The notes: generated by a model not told the origin, from the sequence alone. Shown: positions 10,011 through 19,396, counted from the first letter of the stretch. The stretch: DNA of 64,000 nt from Candidatus Bathyarchaeia archaeon (GCA_038882975.1 JAVZNE010000002.1:160001-224000); one strand, 5' to 3'. Numbers and translations are program-made.

Positions 10011-10739
10011 ATGACAAGGAAGATAGCAGTTTGCCTAGAAGTTGGGTCAGAAAGTACAGGCGCCTTTGTTCCAGAGTGTCCTGGATGTTGGGTTTTCGGG
10101 CGCTCCCCAGAAAGTGTCCTTGCGAAAGTGAGGACTGTTGTTGCCGAGTGGTTCGATTGGTTAGAGAGGCATGGCGAGCGTGTTCCAGCCGAAGCAAGAA
10201 ACTTTGAAATAGAGGTTGCAGAAGTTTTAAGGGTGAGCTACAACCCTGTTGAGGCTGGAAAGCCCGAACCCCTCTTCTGGTCTGAAGTGGCTCCCGTCAC
10301 GAGGAAGGATGTTGCATGGACTTTAAAGCTTATGGAGTATTCTAGGGAAGACTTGTTAGAGCTTGTTTCAAACCTGAACAGCGAGGTTCTTGACTGGTTT
10401 CCTCCGGGGAAGCCTCGCACCATTAGGAACTGTTTGAGGCATATAGCCTATGTTGAGCCTTGGTACGTAACGCGTTTAGATGTTGAATTGCCGATACATT
10501 ATCCGAGAAACGTGTTTGAGCTGTTAAGCCACACCAGAAAAGTAGTTGTTGACTATTTGAGGAGTATGCCAAGGGACAGAATGCGAGGAATTTTCCAGCC
10601 TAAAAAGGACAAAAGCCCAATGTGCAACCTATGGACTGCAAGGAAGGTTTTAAGGAGGCTTGTAGACCATGAGAGGTTGCATACACGTTATATCGCCAAT
10701 ATCTTACAAGCCTATAGTGAGCTGGGAAAGGTTTATTGA
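10011..10739 (+). CDS. HicB-like N-terminal domain fused to DinB-family domain
   Basis: AFVPECPGCWVFGRSPE (HicB-like); TIRNCLRHIAYVE and WTARKVLRRLVDHERLH (DinB His triad). Confidence 0.7.
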   Translation: MTRKIAVCLEVGSESTGAFVPECPGCWVFGRSPESVLAKVRTVVAEWFDWLERHGERVPAEARNFEIEVAEVLRVSYNPVEAGKPEPLFWSEVAPVTRKDVAWTLKLMEYSREDLLELVSNLNSEVLDWFPPGKPRTIRNCLRHIAYVEPWYVTRLDVELPIHYPRNVFELLSHTRKVVVDYLRSMPRDRMRGIFQPKKDKSPMCNLWTARKVLRRLVDHERLHTRYIANILQAYSELGKVY

Positions 10740-10785
10740 GTTGTTCTAGAGTATTCTAATGAACCTTCAGCTGGATGCTGACAAA

Positions 10786-11367
10786 ATGAGTTTGCAATCA
10801 TCAAAACGGGACAGTGGGCAGCTGGTTTTGCCAGGTGAGCCCTTAGGCGTTATTGAAGAATTTGTTCCAGACGTCGGCACGTACGTTAAGGATGGGGTCA
10901 TATATTCAAAAGTTGTGGGGCGCTCCCTCCTAGATCTCCTCAACAAGCGGGTTTCAGTCTTCCCCCTAGTTCATGGAGCCCGTGTTCCAAAGGTTGGAGG
11001 CATTGTGATAGGGCAGGTTTCAAACGTTCAGACGCAAATAGCCACGGTTCGCATCTTTAAAATTGGGAAAAGGCTTCTTTCAGGATTTTTCACGGGCTTA
11101 TTGCATGTTTCTGATGTACATTTAAGATTTGTTGAATCCATGTTTGACATATGCAAGCCCGGCGACATACTTCGCGCAAAAGTGATAAGCGAAAAGAACA
11201 GGACTTATCACTTATCAACTAAGGATAAAAGCTTGGGCGTCGTTTACGCGTTCTGCTCCCAATGCGGCGAAGTGCTGGAACTGAAAGGTCGAGGGCTGCA
11301 GTGCCCGAGATGTGGGAAAATTGAAAAACGCAAAACAGCTATAGACTATGGTAGAGGAATCATCTGA
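10786..11367 (+). CDS. csl4: Exosome RNA-binding protein Csl4
   Basis: VLPGEPLGVIEEF, S1 domain, LGVVYAFCSQCG...CPRCG Zn ribbon. Confidence 0.93.
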   Translation: MSLQSSKRDSGQLVLPGEPLGVIEEFVPDVGTYVKDGVIYSKVVGRSLLDLLNKRVSVFPLVHGARVPKVGGIVIGQVSNVQTQIATVRIFKIGKRLLSGFFTGLLHVSDVHLRFVESMFDICKPGDILRAKVISEKNRTYHLSTKDKSLGVVYAFCSQCGEVLELKGRGLQCPRCGKIEKRKTAIDYGRGII

Positions 11368-11386
11368 ATGGCGGGGCGGGGGCAAA

Positions 11387-11668
11387 ATGAAAGTTAACAT
11401 TTTAAAGAAAACCGAAAACGAACTTAAAATCGAGGTTGAGGGGGCTGGTCACACCATATGCAACCTTCTCCAGAAAAGGCTCTTAGAGGACGAAAATGTG
11501 GAGTTGGCTGGCTATGACATTTCGCATCCACTCACACCAGTTCCAGTCATCTATGTTCGGACAAAGGGCAATGTAAAACCTGAAAAGGTATTGCTAAAGG
11601 CTTTGGAAAAAGCCCGTGAAATGAATGAGGAGTTTGGTAAAGCCCTCCAAAAAGCCCTCAAAAAGTGA
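11387..11668 (+). CDS. rpo11: RNA polymerase subunit L (Rpo11)
   Basis: GAGHTICNLL, AGYDISHPL; follows csl4. Confidence 0.93.
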   Translation: MKVNILKKTENELKIEVEGAGHTICNLLQKRLLEDENVELAGYDISHPLTPVPVIYVRTKGNVKPEKVLLKALEKAREMNEEFGKALQKALKK

Positions 11669-12047
11669 TTCTATTCCTTATTGTGGATAGTAGCTGGATG
11701 AAGCCTTCCACAGAATTCTCGGCCCTGCATAATATTTCCACGCACTCATTTAGTTGCATACGTCCACAAAGCCAAGCATAAACTATTAGGGCTTCAGCCG
11801 CATCAGCCATCATATGGCTTGAAACTCTTGCTGGCATGTGTTCCCTTAAACCAGCTTTTTTAAAGGCTTCTGCCAGCACTGTTCCCCTGACCTTTGCTCC
11901 GTGTGGCTGACCCTTTTTCATTGACAACGCTAATGAGTAAGCAAAGTTTATGTACGCATCGCCCAAAGCCGCCAACCTACGGTCTGTAAGAACCTCCCTT
12001 AAGCTTCTGTAAGGCTTCGTAAAGGGAAACGGCTTGTTCCTCATCAA
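11658..12047 (-). CDS. Archaeal RNase III-like (mini-III type) protein
   Basis: LAALGDAYINF and ADAAEALIVYAWL RNase III signatures; typically convergent with rpoL. Confidence 0.8.
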   Translation of the reverse strand: MMRNKPFPFTKPYRSLREVLTDRRLAALGDAYINFAYSLALSMKKGQPHGAKVRGTVLAEAFKKAGLREHMPARVSSHMMADAAEALIVYAWLCGRMQLNECVEILCRAENSVEGFIQLLSTIRNRITF

Positions 12048-12132
12048 TTCTTAACCCTTAAAGGCTCTTGTGGCTTTAGCAATTTATATTTAAGTACAAC
12101 CTCCTATCTATGTTCGTTTTGGTGTAAGCTGT

Positions 12133-13260
12133 ATGGCTGGAGAGGGGGGCTGCAAGGCTGAGCGCATCAAAATTTCTAAGGAAGCCTTACGGGAATATCT
12201 TTCCAGCTTATATGGCTGTAAAGTGGAGATCCTTGGCGTTTGGAGGCTTGGCGAGGAAAAAGCTGAAGGCTTTGAAGATTTGAAGGGTTTTGGTTATGGC
12301 GTCCCATACGTTATCGAGTTTCGTGCTAAGGGTGAGGTTAAGCGGGCTGTGTTGGAAACGATGCGTACAAATGGTTTTGGTCATGATTTTCCATCGGACC
12401 GTGCGCAAGTCCTTCTTTGGCAGCACAGCGCCTTTAACAAGTTGAATAGGCATGTACGTTCTCTGGATGTTGGCGTCTTCACCGTTGATGGCAGGAAGCT
12501 AAAGTCTCTGGGCGACGCTGGAGAGTTCTTCATCCTAACAGAATTTGTGGAAGGCTTACCCTACCATTGCGATTTAGACAGAATTAAGGAAACTGGCAGA
12601 CTAACGGATTTAGACGAAGAAAGATGCCTAGCTCTCTCCGATTATTTGGTTGAAATCCACTCAGTAAAGAGAAAAGATGCGCCTCACCTTTATGTAAGGA
12701 GGCTTAGAGATCTTCTTGGACATGGGGAAGGAATCTTCGGGTTGACGGACAGCTACCCCAGCGGCTTAGACTATGTTAATGAAAAGTTTCTGGTTGAGCT
12801 GGAGAAGATGTGCGTAGAGTGGCGCTGGCGTCTAAAAAGGAAAGCCTATAGGCTTTCACAAGTTCATGGGGACTTCCATCCTTGGAATGTTCTTTTCAGA
12901 GAAGGCTTAGACTTCACGGTTCTCGACCGCAGCAGAGGCGAATGGGGTGAACCAGCGGACGATGTGAGCGCCATGACAATAAACTACATCTTTTACTCGC
13001 TGCAGGCTTATGGGCGGATGGATGAACCTTTTAACAGGCTTTTTCTGCTCTTCTGGCGAAACTATGTGGATAAGACTGGCGATGAAGAAATCTTAAGTGT
13101 AATTCAGCCCTTCTATGTCTGGAGAAGCCTTGTTCTTGCCTCGCCCATATGGTATCCCCACCTTCAACCTAATGTGAGGATGAAGATTCTGCAATTCGCG
13201 CAGAAAATGCTAAAAACCAAAACCTTCGACTATGAAGGTGTCGACTCGTATCTCAAATAG
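12133..13260 (+). CDS. APH/choline-kinase-like phosphotransferase
   Basis: Brenner motif QVHGDFHPWNVLF, LDRSRGEWGEPADD. Confidence 0.85.
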   Translation: MAGEGGCKAERIKISKEALREYLSSLYGCKVEILGVWRLGEEKAEGFEDLKGFGYGVPYVIEFRAKGEVKRAVLETMRTNGFGHDFPSDRAQVLLWQHSAFNKLNRHVRSLDVGVFTVDGRKLKSLGDAGEFFILTEFVEGLPYHCDLDRIKETGRLTDLDEERCLALSDYLVEIHSVKRKDAPHLYVRRLRDLLGHGEGIFGLTDSYPSGLDYVNEKFLVELEKMCVEWRWRLKRKAYRLSQVHGDFHPWNVLFREGLDFTVLDRSRGEWGEPADDVSAMTINYIFYSLQAYGRMDEPFNRLFLLFWRNYVDKTGDEEILSVIQPFYVWRSLVLASPIWYPHLQPNVRMKILQFAQKMLKTKTFDYEGVDSYLK

Positions 13261-13263
13261 GGT

Positions 13264-13452
13264 TTGGAGATATGCGCATTGGATAGAGATTCAAGGTCCG
13301 ATGTGAAGGCTATGTTGAGGCAGATGGGTTATTCTGAAAAGGCTGTGAAAGAAATATTGAAATGGTATGAAAATAGCAGTTTGCGGATGGAAAAGTGTGG
13401 TGAAAGGGGTCTACATTCTGGCAATATCAGTCAACAGAAGCCTAAACGTTAA
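13264..13452 (+). CDS. Small hypothetical protein
   Basis: Amphipathic LRQMGYSEKAVKEILKWY core; fills the gap between two genes; 3' part overlaps the next ORF. Confidence 0.45.
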   Translation: MEICALDRDSRSDVKAMLRQMGYSEKAVKEILKWYENSSLRMEKCGERGLHSGNISQQKPKR

Positions 13453-13819
13453 GGTTTGCGCACAAAAAAGTTTTTCCTTGGGAAAAGGGTTTTATGCATA
13501 TGTGGGTTCAGCCCAAAAAGGCGTCGAAAAGCGTTTGATTAGGCACTTTAGAAGGGCTTGTAAGAAGCGTTTTTGGCACATCGACTACTTACTCGCGATG
13601 GACGACGTAAGCGTAGTGAAGGCTTTTTACAAAGAGGCTGGAAAATCAGAAGAGTGTGTGACCGCGCAAGTTCTCAAGGCTGTTGGCTCTCCGGTTGAGG
13701 GGTTTGGCTGCTCCGATTGTAGGTGTGGGAGCCACCTTTTTGGTTTTAACAGCCTCAGCCATCTGGAAGGTGCATGCCTAAAATTGGGTTTTAAGCCCTT
13801 TGCCCTACCTTGCCAGTGA
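13397..13819 (+). CDS. GIY-YIG (Uri) nuclease, DUF123 family
   Basis: KGVYIL, GFYAYVGSA, WHIDYLL, GFGCSDCRCGSHLF. Confidence 0.88.
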   Translation: MVKGVYILAISVNRSLNVKVCAQKSFSLGKGFYAYVGSAQKGVEKRLIRHFRRACKKRFWHIDYLLAMDDVSVVKAFYKEAGKSEECVTAQVLKAVGSPVEGFGCSDCRCGSHLFGFNSLSHLEGACLKLGFKPFALPCQ

Positions 13820-14581
13820 ATCGCCATATTGAGAAACATCTGTTTTTTGGAGGATTTCTCTTCTCTTGACAACTTCTTCAAAGCTCATGTAGTCTCCACC
13901 GACTATTTTCAGTTTAGCCTCCACCATCTTGTTTTTTACTTCTATCACGTTGTAGGAATTTAGGAAGAAGCCTCGCAGCCTTTCGCATGAAACGCTTCCG
14001 GCATGAACCACTTGCATGTCTTCTATTCGCCATCTCCATGGCCTATGGCGGTGCCCACATAGGACTAAGTCCGCCTTGGCTTTTACTAGGCTTCTTAGTA
14101 CGTCGCCAGCATCCACTATTGTTATTTGGTCTGCGCCCGTGTCTGGAACCGGGATTATATGGTGGTGTATCGCCACAATTTTCACATGGTCCTTATAATT
14201 TTCCAGCGTGTTCTCCAGCCAAAGGTTTTGCCTATGTCCCACTTCGCCATCATCTCTGTCAGGGCGGGCGCTGCTTAACACAATTATCACGGCGTCATCA
14301 ACTTCTGTTATTTGGTTGAAGGGGAAGAACTGTTTGAAGAGCAAATAGCCAGTGGAACGGTAATCGTGGTTTCCACTTATGTAAATGACGTTTTTGGCTT
14401 CCAAACGTTTAAACTCGTCTGCAGCCATCTTAAACTCTGAGAGTATGCCATTCTCGGTTATGTCACCAGTTATCACCACTGCGTCAGGAGACAAGGCGTT
14501 AATCTCATCCATGGCGGTGCGGAAAATCCCATAATTAAACATCGGTCCACAGTGAACATCTGAAATTTGAACAACCAACAT
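13805..14581 (-). CDS. Metallophosphoesterase (calcineurin-like/Icc family)
   Basis: SDVH, TGDIT, GNHD, HHH, GHRH. Confidence 0.9.
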   Translation of the reverse strand: MLVVQISDVHCGPMFNYGIFRTAMDEINALSPDAVVITGDITENGILSEFKMAADEFKRLEAKNVIYISGNHDYRSTGYLLFKQFFPFNQITEVDDAVIIVLSSARPDRDDGEVGHRQNLWLENTLENYKDHVKIVAIHHHIIPVPDTGADQITIVDAGDVLRSLVKAKADLVLCGHRHRPWRWRIEDMQVVHAGSVSCERLRGFFLNSYNVIEVKNKMVEAKLKIVGGDYMSFEEVVKRREILQKTDVSQYGDSLAR

Positions 14582-14691
14582 AAACGCTCACCTTTTCAAG
14601 CCATGCACAACAGCAACTAAAATAAATGTTGTGGGAAATTAGAATATTCGGGCATTTAAAGCAGAGACATCCTTTAAAGGGAGTATCAGAA

Positions 14692-15243
14692 TTGGGCGAG
14701 GGTTGGTGTGTTTGGGTTACTGGTCTGCCAGGGAGCGGCAAATCTGTTGTAGCAGAAATGTTAATTAGGTTTTTGCTTCAGAGGGGCATACGTGCCCAAC
14801 TTTTGTCTTCAGATGCATTACGTAAGGTTTTGACTCCCAAGCCTACATACTCGCTTGAGGAACGCGACATAGTTTATGCAACCCTTACCTATATCGCAAG
14901 GTTGCTAACCCAGAACGGTGTGAACGTTGTTATTGATGCTACTGGAAATTTAAGGCGTTATCGAGATAATGCCCGAAACCAAATCCGGAAGTTTATAGAA
15001 GCCTATTTAGAGTGCCCACTTGAAGTTTGCATTGAACGCGAGTCTCAGAGGGCTGAAACACGCCAAGCGCCAAGACAAATCTATGCAAGAGCCTTAAAAG
15101 GTGAAGCGCCAACCGTGCCCGGTGTAGGGCAGCCCTATGAGCCGCCAGTGAACCCAGAAGTTACAGTGAATACTGCCGAGTGCGCGCCGGAATATGCAGC
15201 CCACAAAATATTGGAGGCTATAATTGGCAGGTGGTACACCTAA
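14692..15243 (+). CDS. Adenylyl-sulfate-kinase-like P-loop kinase
   Basis: WVTGLPGSGKS, DALRK, YLECPLEVCIER, PGVGQPYEPP; probable TTG start 14692 (ORF from 14626). Confidence 0.8.
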   Translation: MGEGWCVWVTGLPGSGKSVVAEMLIRFLLQRGIRAQLLSSDALRKVLTPKPTYSLEERDIVYATLTYIARLLTQNGVNVVIDATGNLRRYRDNARNQIRKFIEAYLECPLEVCIERESQRAETRQAPRQIYARALKGEAPTVPGVGQPYEPPVNPEVTVNTAECAPEYAAHKILEAIIGRWYT

Positions 15244-15363
15244 AATCTAGAGAGGGACTATCAATTTTGCAGTAGCTGGCACAGGGCAAAATTGACATGG
15301 CTTTGAATGGTAATGTTTATAACCTAAATGTCTCATTCCTAGAAGACGCGAAGCGGAGAAACA

Positions 15364-16377
15364 ATGGGTCACAGGAAACAGCACGGTCCAAAACGCGGTT
15401 CGCTTGCCTATTTGCCTAGGAAGCGGGCTAGAAGTATTTTGGCTAGAATACGCTATTGGCCAAAAATAAAGGCTGAAACGCCACGGCTTCTTGGTTTTAT
15501 TGGTTATAAGGCTGGCATGACCTATGCCATAGTAGTTGAAGACCGAAAGCGTTCTCCAAACTTTGGGAAAGAGGTGATCCGTCCCGTCACCGTTTTGGAA
15601 ACCCCGCCCCTTCTTATATGTGCCATAAGAGCCTATAAGAAAACGCCTTATGGCCTGCAAACATTTTGTGAAGCTTGGATGGAAAACCCTCCAGAAGGAC
15701 TTGATAGAGTTTTAACCCTTCCTGAAAAATTTAACACAGAAGAGAATCTGAAAAAGATTGAGGCTAATTTAGACAAAATATCAAATATTCGTGTTATAGC
15801 TATAACCCAACCTAAACAGGCAAGCGTACCCAAGAAAAAACCAGACGTAGCCGAAATAGAGATAGGCGGAGGAACAATCCAGCAACAATTCGAATATGCA
15901 AAAAGTCTCCTGGGAAAAACGGTGAACCCCTCTGACGTTTTTAAGGAAGGACAACACATAGACGTGATAGCCGTCACAACCGGCAAAGGCTTCCAAGGAC
16001 CAGTAAAACGTTGGGGTGTGGCCATACTCCAACATAAGGGCAGGAAAACAAAACGTGGGGTCGCTACCCTCGGTCCATGGAACCCCCACCGTGTGCTGTA
16101 CACGGTTCCCCGCGCTGGGCAGATGGGTTTCCATCAAAGAACAGAATATAACAAGCGAGTTTTGAAGATTGGCAAGGATGGCAAAGAAGTAACACCGAAA
16201 GGCGGATTCATACGCTATGGCATCGTCCGCGGACCCTACATGCTCATAGAGGGAAGCATACCTGGACCAGAAAAGCGTCCCATAAAACTGCGCTACCCAG
16301 CAAGACCGCCAAGAGAAGCCCCAGAAGAGCCCCCACAGATAACATACTTGTCCTTAGAGTCTCCGCAGGGAAAGTAG
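15364..16377 (+). CDS. rpl3: 50S ribosomal protein L3
   Basis: RGSLAYLPRKRA, GYKAGMT, GKGFQGPVKRWG, RAGQMGFHQRTEYNKR. Confidence 0.97.
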   Translation: MGHRKQHGPKRGSLAYLPRKRARSILARIRYWPKIKAETPRLLGFIGYKAGMTYAIVVEDRKRSPNFGKEVIRPVTVLETPPLLICAIRAYKKTPYGLQTFCEAWMENPPEGLDRVLTLPEKFNTEENLKKIEANLDKISNIRVIAITQPKQASVPKKKPDVAEIEIGGGTIQQQFEYAKSLLGKTVNPSDVFKEGQHIDVIAVTTGKGFQGPVKRWGVAILQHKGRKTKRGVATLGPWNPHRVLYTVPRAGQMGFHQRTEYNKRVLKIGKDGKEVTPKGGFIRYGIVRGPYMLIEGSIPGPEKRPIKLRYPARPPREAPEEPPQITYLSLESPQGK

Positions 16378-16393
16378 GAACGGTGAAAGGTTT

Positions 16394-17182
16394 ATGGCAA
16401 AAACAGTGAAAGTCTTCGACCTCGACGGAAAACCCATTGGAAAAATAAGGCTGCCACCAATCTTTGAAACACCGATAAGGCCGGATGTCATAAAACGCGC
16501 AGTCCTAGCCATACAATCAACGAGGTTTCAGCCGCAGGGCAGGGACCCGATGGCTGGAAAAAGGACATCTGCGGAATCGAGAGGCGTAGGCTTAGGCATA
16601 GCAAGGATACCAAGAATTAAGGGACCGGCTGGAAGAGGCGCATTTGCGCCTGGAACAGTCGGTGGAAGGCTGGCACATCCACCATCTTCTGAGAAGAAGA
16701 TAGTTAAAAGGATTCCAAAAAAGGAGAAACGTTTGGCTCTTTTCTCGGCCATAGCAGCCACAGCCTCCAAAGAGATGGTGGTTTCACGGGGACACGCTGT
16801 TGAAGGAATACCGCAAATTCCGCTTGTTGTCACCGGCGAGTTTGAAAGTTTGAAAAGAACGAAGGAAGTTGAAGAAGCCCTCATAAAACTCGGGGTTCTC
16901 GCTGACTTATATAGAGTTAGGGAAAGCATTAAAGTCAGGGCTGGAAAGGGAAAGATGCGTGGTCGAAGGATAAAACAGGCTGTTGGACCCTTAATAGTTG
17001 TGGCCGAAGACAAAGGCTTAGGAGAGGCTGCAAGGAACATACCTGGCGTTGACGTTGTTCCAGTCAAGAGTTTAAATGCTGAGGTTCTTGCGCCCGGCAC
17101 ACATCCTGGAAGATTGACAATTTGGACAACCAGCGCCATAGAAACCCTTGACAAGCTTTATTGTAGAGGAGAGGAAGCCTAA
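16394..17182 (+). CDS. rpl4: 50S ribosomal protein L4
   Basis: TSAESRGVG, RAGKGKMRGR, LAPGTHPGRLTIW. Confidence 0.97.
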   Translation: MAKTVKVFDLDGKPIGKIRLPPIFETPIRPDVIKRAVLAIQSTRFQPQGRDPMAGKRTSAESRGVGLGIARIPRIKGPAGRGAFAPGTVGGRLAHPPSSEKKIVKRIPKKEKRLALFSAIAATASKEMVVSRGHAVEGIPQIPLVVTGEFESLKRTKEVEEALIKLGVLADLYRVRESIKVRAGKGKMRGRRIKQAVGPLIVVAEDKGLGEAARNIPGVDVVPVKSLNAEVLAPGTHPGRLTIWTTSAIETLDKLYCRGEEA

Positions 17183-17442
17183 TGGACCCATATGAGGTTA
17201 TACTTTACCCTTTGATGACGGAATCCGCTAGCCTAATGGTTGAGAGGGAAAATAAGCTGGTCTTTATAGTTAACCTAAAAGCCACAAAGGAAGACGTTAA
17301 GAGGGCTGTTGAAGAGCTTTACGAGGTTAAGGTTGAAAAAGTAAACATTGTTATAACGCCAAAGGGGCAAAAGAAAGCCTTCGTTAAACTTCACCCAGAT
17401 TTTAAGGCGGCAGATGTCGCCATAAAGCTTGGAATACTATAA
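17182..17442 (+). CDS. rpl23: 50S ribosomal protein L23
   Basis: PLMTE, ENKLVFIV, KKAFVKL. Confidence 0.96.
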   Translation: MDPYEVILYPLMTESASLMVERENKLVFIVNLKATKEDVKRAVEELYEVKVEKVNIVITPKGQKKAFVKLHPDFKAADVAIKLGIL

Positions 17443-17460
17443 TTTAATGGTGAAAAGTTT

Positions 17461-18204
17461 ATGGGAAAGAGAATTCGGGTCCAAAGACGGGGGCGTGGCG
17501 GACCAACCTTCAGAGCCGCAACTCACAAAAGGGTGGCACCGGCATGCTACCCGCCAACAAAACGGGAAATCTTTGACACAGTCACGAGAGGAATCGTTGA
17601 AGAAATTCTCCACGACCCTGGAAGGGGCGCCCCACTAGCCCTAATAAGATTTGAAAACGGGGAAGAATGCTACACTGTTGTTCCAGAAGGAGTTTACACT
17701 GGGCAGCAAATACAGATGGGAGGAAGGGCAAACGTCGAGGTTGGCAACATCCTGCCAATTGGGAAAATTCCGGAAGGCACAATAGTCTGCAACATAGAGC
17801 TTAAACCCGGTGACGGTGGAAAAATTGCAAAATCTTCAGGCGCCTACGCCACTGTTGTGGCTCACACAGCGCAAGGAACCCTAATAAAACTGCCTTCTGG
17901 CAAAACCAAGTATCTAAGCGATTACTGCAGAGCCACAATAGGTGTTGTCGCCGGCGCTGGCAGAACAGAAAAGCCTTTCCTCAAGGCGGGTGCAAAATTC
18001 CACCTAATGAGAGCTAGAGGGAGAAAATACCCGAGAACCCGTGGGAAAGCAATGGTTGCAGCGGTCCACCCATATGGAAGCAGCAAAAGAAGCGCACGGA
18101 AAGTCACAACTGTTTCACGGAACGCCCCGCCTGGAAAGAAGGTTGGGCTTATAGCGGCGAGAGGTGCGGGACGTAGAAAGAAGAGGGTGAAGGAAAGCGG
18201 GTAA
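17461..18204 (+). CDS. rpl2: 50S ribosomal protein L2
   Basis: MGKRIRVQRRGRG, HDPGRGAPLA, GDGGKIA, APPGKKVGLIAAR. Confidence 0.97.
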   Translation: MGKRIRVQRRGRGGPTFRAATHKRVAPACYPPTKREIFDTVTRGIVEEILHDPGRGAPLALIRFENGEECYTVVPEGVYTGQQIQMGGRANVEVGNILPIGKIPEGTIVCNIELKPGDGGKIAKSSGAYATVVAHTAQGTLIKLPSGKTKYLSDYCRATIGVVAGAGRTEKPFLKAGAKFHLMRARGRKYPRTRGKAMVAAVHPYGSSKRSARKVTTVSRNAPPGKKVGLIAARGAGRRKKRVKESG

Positions 18205-18250
18205 TCAGAAGGTTTATAGCACCACATTCAAAATTTAGTGGTGATAGGCT

Positions 18251-18655
18251 ATGCCGAGGGAATTCACATACCGCGGATACACGCTTGAACAACTGCAAAG
18301 TATGTCAATGGACGAGTTCATAATGTTGCTTCCATCACGGCAGAGGAGAAGCCTCCACAGAGGCTTATCTCCAGAACAGCGAACCCTACTGGAAAACATT
18401 AGGAAGGCAAAAGAAGCCATGCGGAAAGGCGGAAACGTCACCATCAAAACTCACTGCCGCGACATGATAATCCTGCCAGAAATGGTAGGCTTGATTATTC
18501 ACGTTCACAACGGTAAAGAATTTGTCCCCGTTGAGATAAAACCCGAAATGATTGGGCACTACCTAGGCGAATTTGCAATAACAAACAAGCCAGTTAAGCA
18601 TGGAACACCCGGAATTGGAGCATCTCGCTCGTCAATGTATGTTCCACTAAAATAA
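18251..18655 (+). CDS. rps19: 30S ribosomal protein S19
   Basis: [37 protein letters not shown]. Confidence 0.97.
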   Translation: MPREFTYRGYTLEQLQSMSMDEFIMLLPSRQRRSLHRGLSPEQRTLLENIRKAKEAMRKGGNVTIKTHCRDMIILPEMVGLIIHVHNGKEFVPVEIKPEMIGHYLGEFAITNKPVKHGTPGIGASRSSMYVPLK

Positions 18656-18690
18656 AACGCTGCTGTTTCACTTAGAAAATTTTGGCAACG

Positions 18691-19116
18691 CTAGGCTGTA
18701 TAATCCACACCGGAAGGCTTTTTCTCCGCCTCTTTTGCTGGCGGAATCTGGGGCAGCGGAATCGGCGGCGGGATGTTCAATGTTCTGGAAATGATTACAC
18801 TTTCCACAAAAACCATGTTTGAAATCGACTGCACAATAACCGGTGGTGGCGGCTTCTTATCCTTATAATCCGAATAAATTTTCGCTATTTCGTCTTTGCT
18901 TCCAGCCACGTAAGCTCTTCCTTTAAGGCTTATTTGGGCTATTGAGGGGTTGTAGTTAACCGTTAAAACAAAGGGCACCTCAAGTGTATCATCCGACTTT
19001 TTCTCCACCTCGACAAGGTTAAGATTCGTGTTTATCTGGATAGGCGGTATGGGCTTCTTTATATCCCAGAACCGCTCTCCAGAAACATTTGTTATTAGGA
19101 CGTTTACTCTAATCAT
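18691..19116 (-). CDS. Conserved archaeal hypothetical protein (possible SecB-like fold)
   Basis: Alternating beta strands, a helix and C-terminal LNIPPPIPLPQI; last gene of the rps6e operon. Confidence 0.6.
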   Translation of the reverse strand: MIRVNVLITNVSGERFWDIKKPIPPIQINTNLNLVEVEKKSDDTLEVPFVLTVNYNPSIAQISLKGRAYVAGSKDEIAKIYSDYKDKKPPPPVIVQSISNMVFVESVIISRTLNIPPPIPLPQIPPAKEAEKKPSGVDYTA

Positions 19117-19150
19117 TCTAGACCATCATAAACTATGATACTCGTACAAT

Positions 19151-19396
19151 TTAAGTGTGTTTATATCGTGTGAAGCCGCAGTGTCCGCATGCGTACCTGT
19201 CGCCATGGTCAGCCATGAAATATCCCGGTCCGCAGCGTTCACATGTTGGGCGAAGTCTAACAATTTTTTCTCCTTCAATTTTGTAGATGGAGTGGATGCC
19301 TTTCTCCTCCCTTTTCCTTTTTTCCCTCTTACCCTTCTTTGGAGCCGCTTTGGGTGCGGCTTCTTCCGCTGCGGCTTTCTCATCTTTTTCAGTCAT
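19151..19396 (-). CDS. rps27ae: 30S ribosomal protein S27ae
   Basis: CERCGPGYFMADHGDRYACGHCG. Confidence 0.95.
   Translation of the reverse strand: MTEKDEKAAAEEAAPKAAPKKGKREKRKREEKGIHSIYKIEGEKIVRLRPTCERCGPGYFMADHGDRYACGHCGFTRYKHT

Noticed and set aside
10011-10739. HicAB toxin-antitoxin system
   Set aside because: No hicA ORF adjacent; the HicB-like part is fused to a DinB domain
13397-13819. GIY-YIG as a homing endonuclease or mobile intron
   Set aside because: It is the DUF123 type commonly found on archaeal chromosomes and does not interrupt a host gene
16528-17154. Long antisense ORFs (also 91-621, 29030-29563, 25391-25894, 52288-52746 and others)
   Set aside because: They are shadows of well-supported genes on the opposite strand with no recognisable motifs
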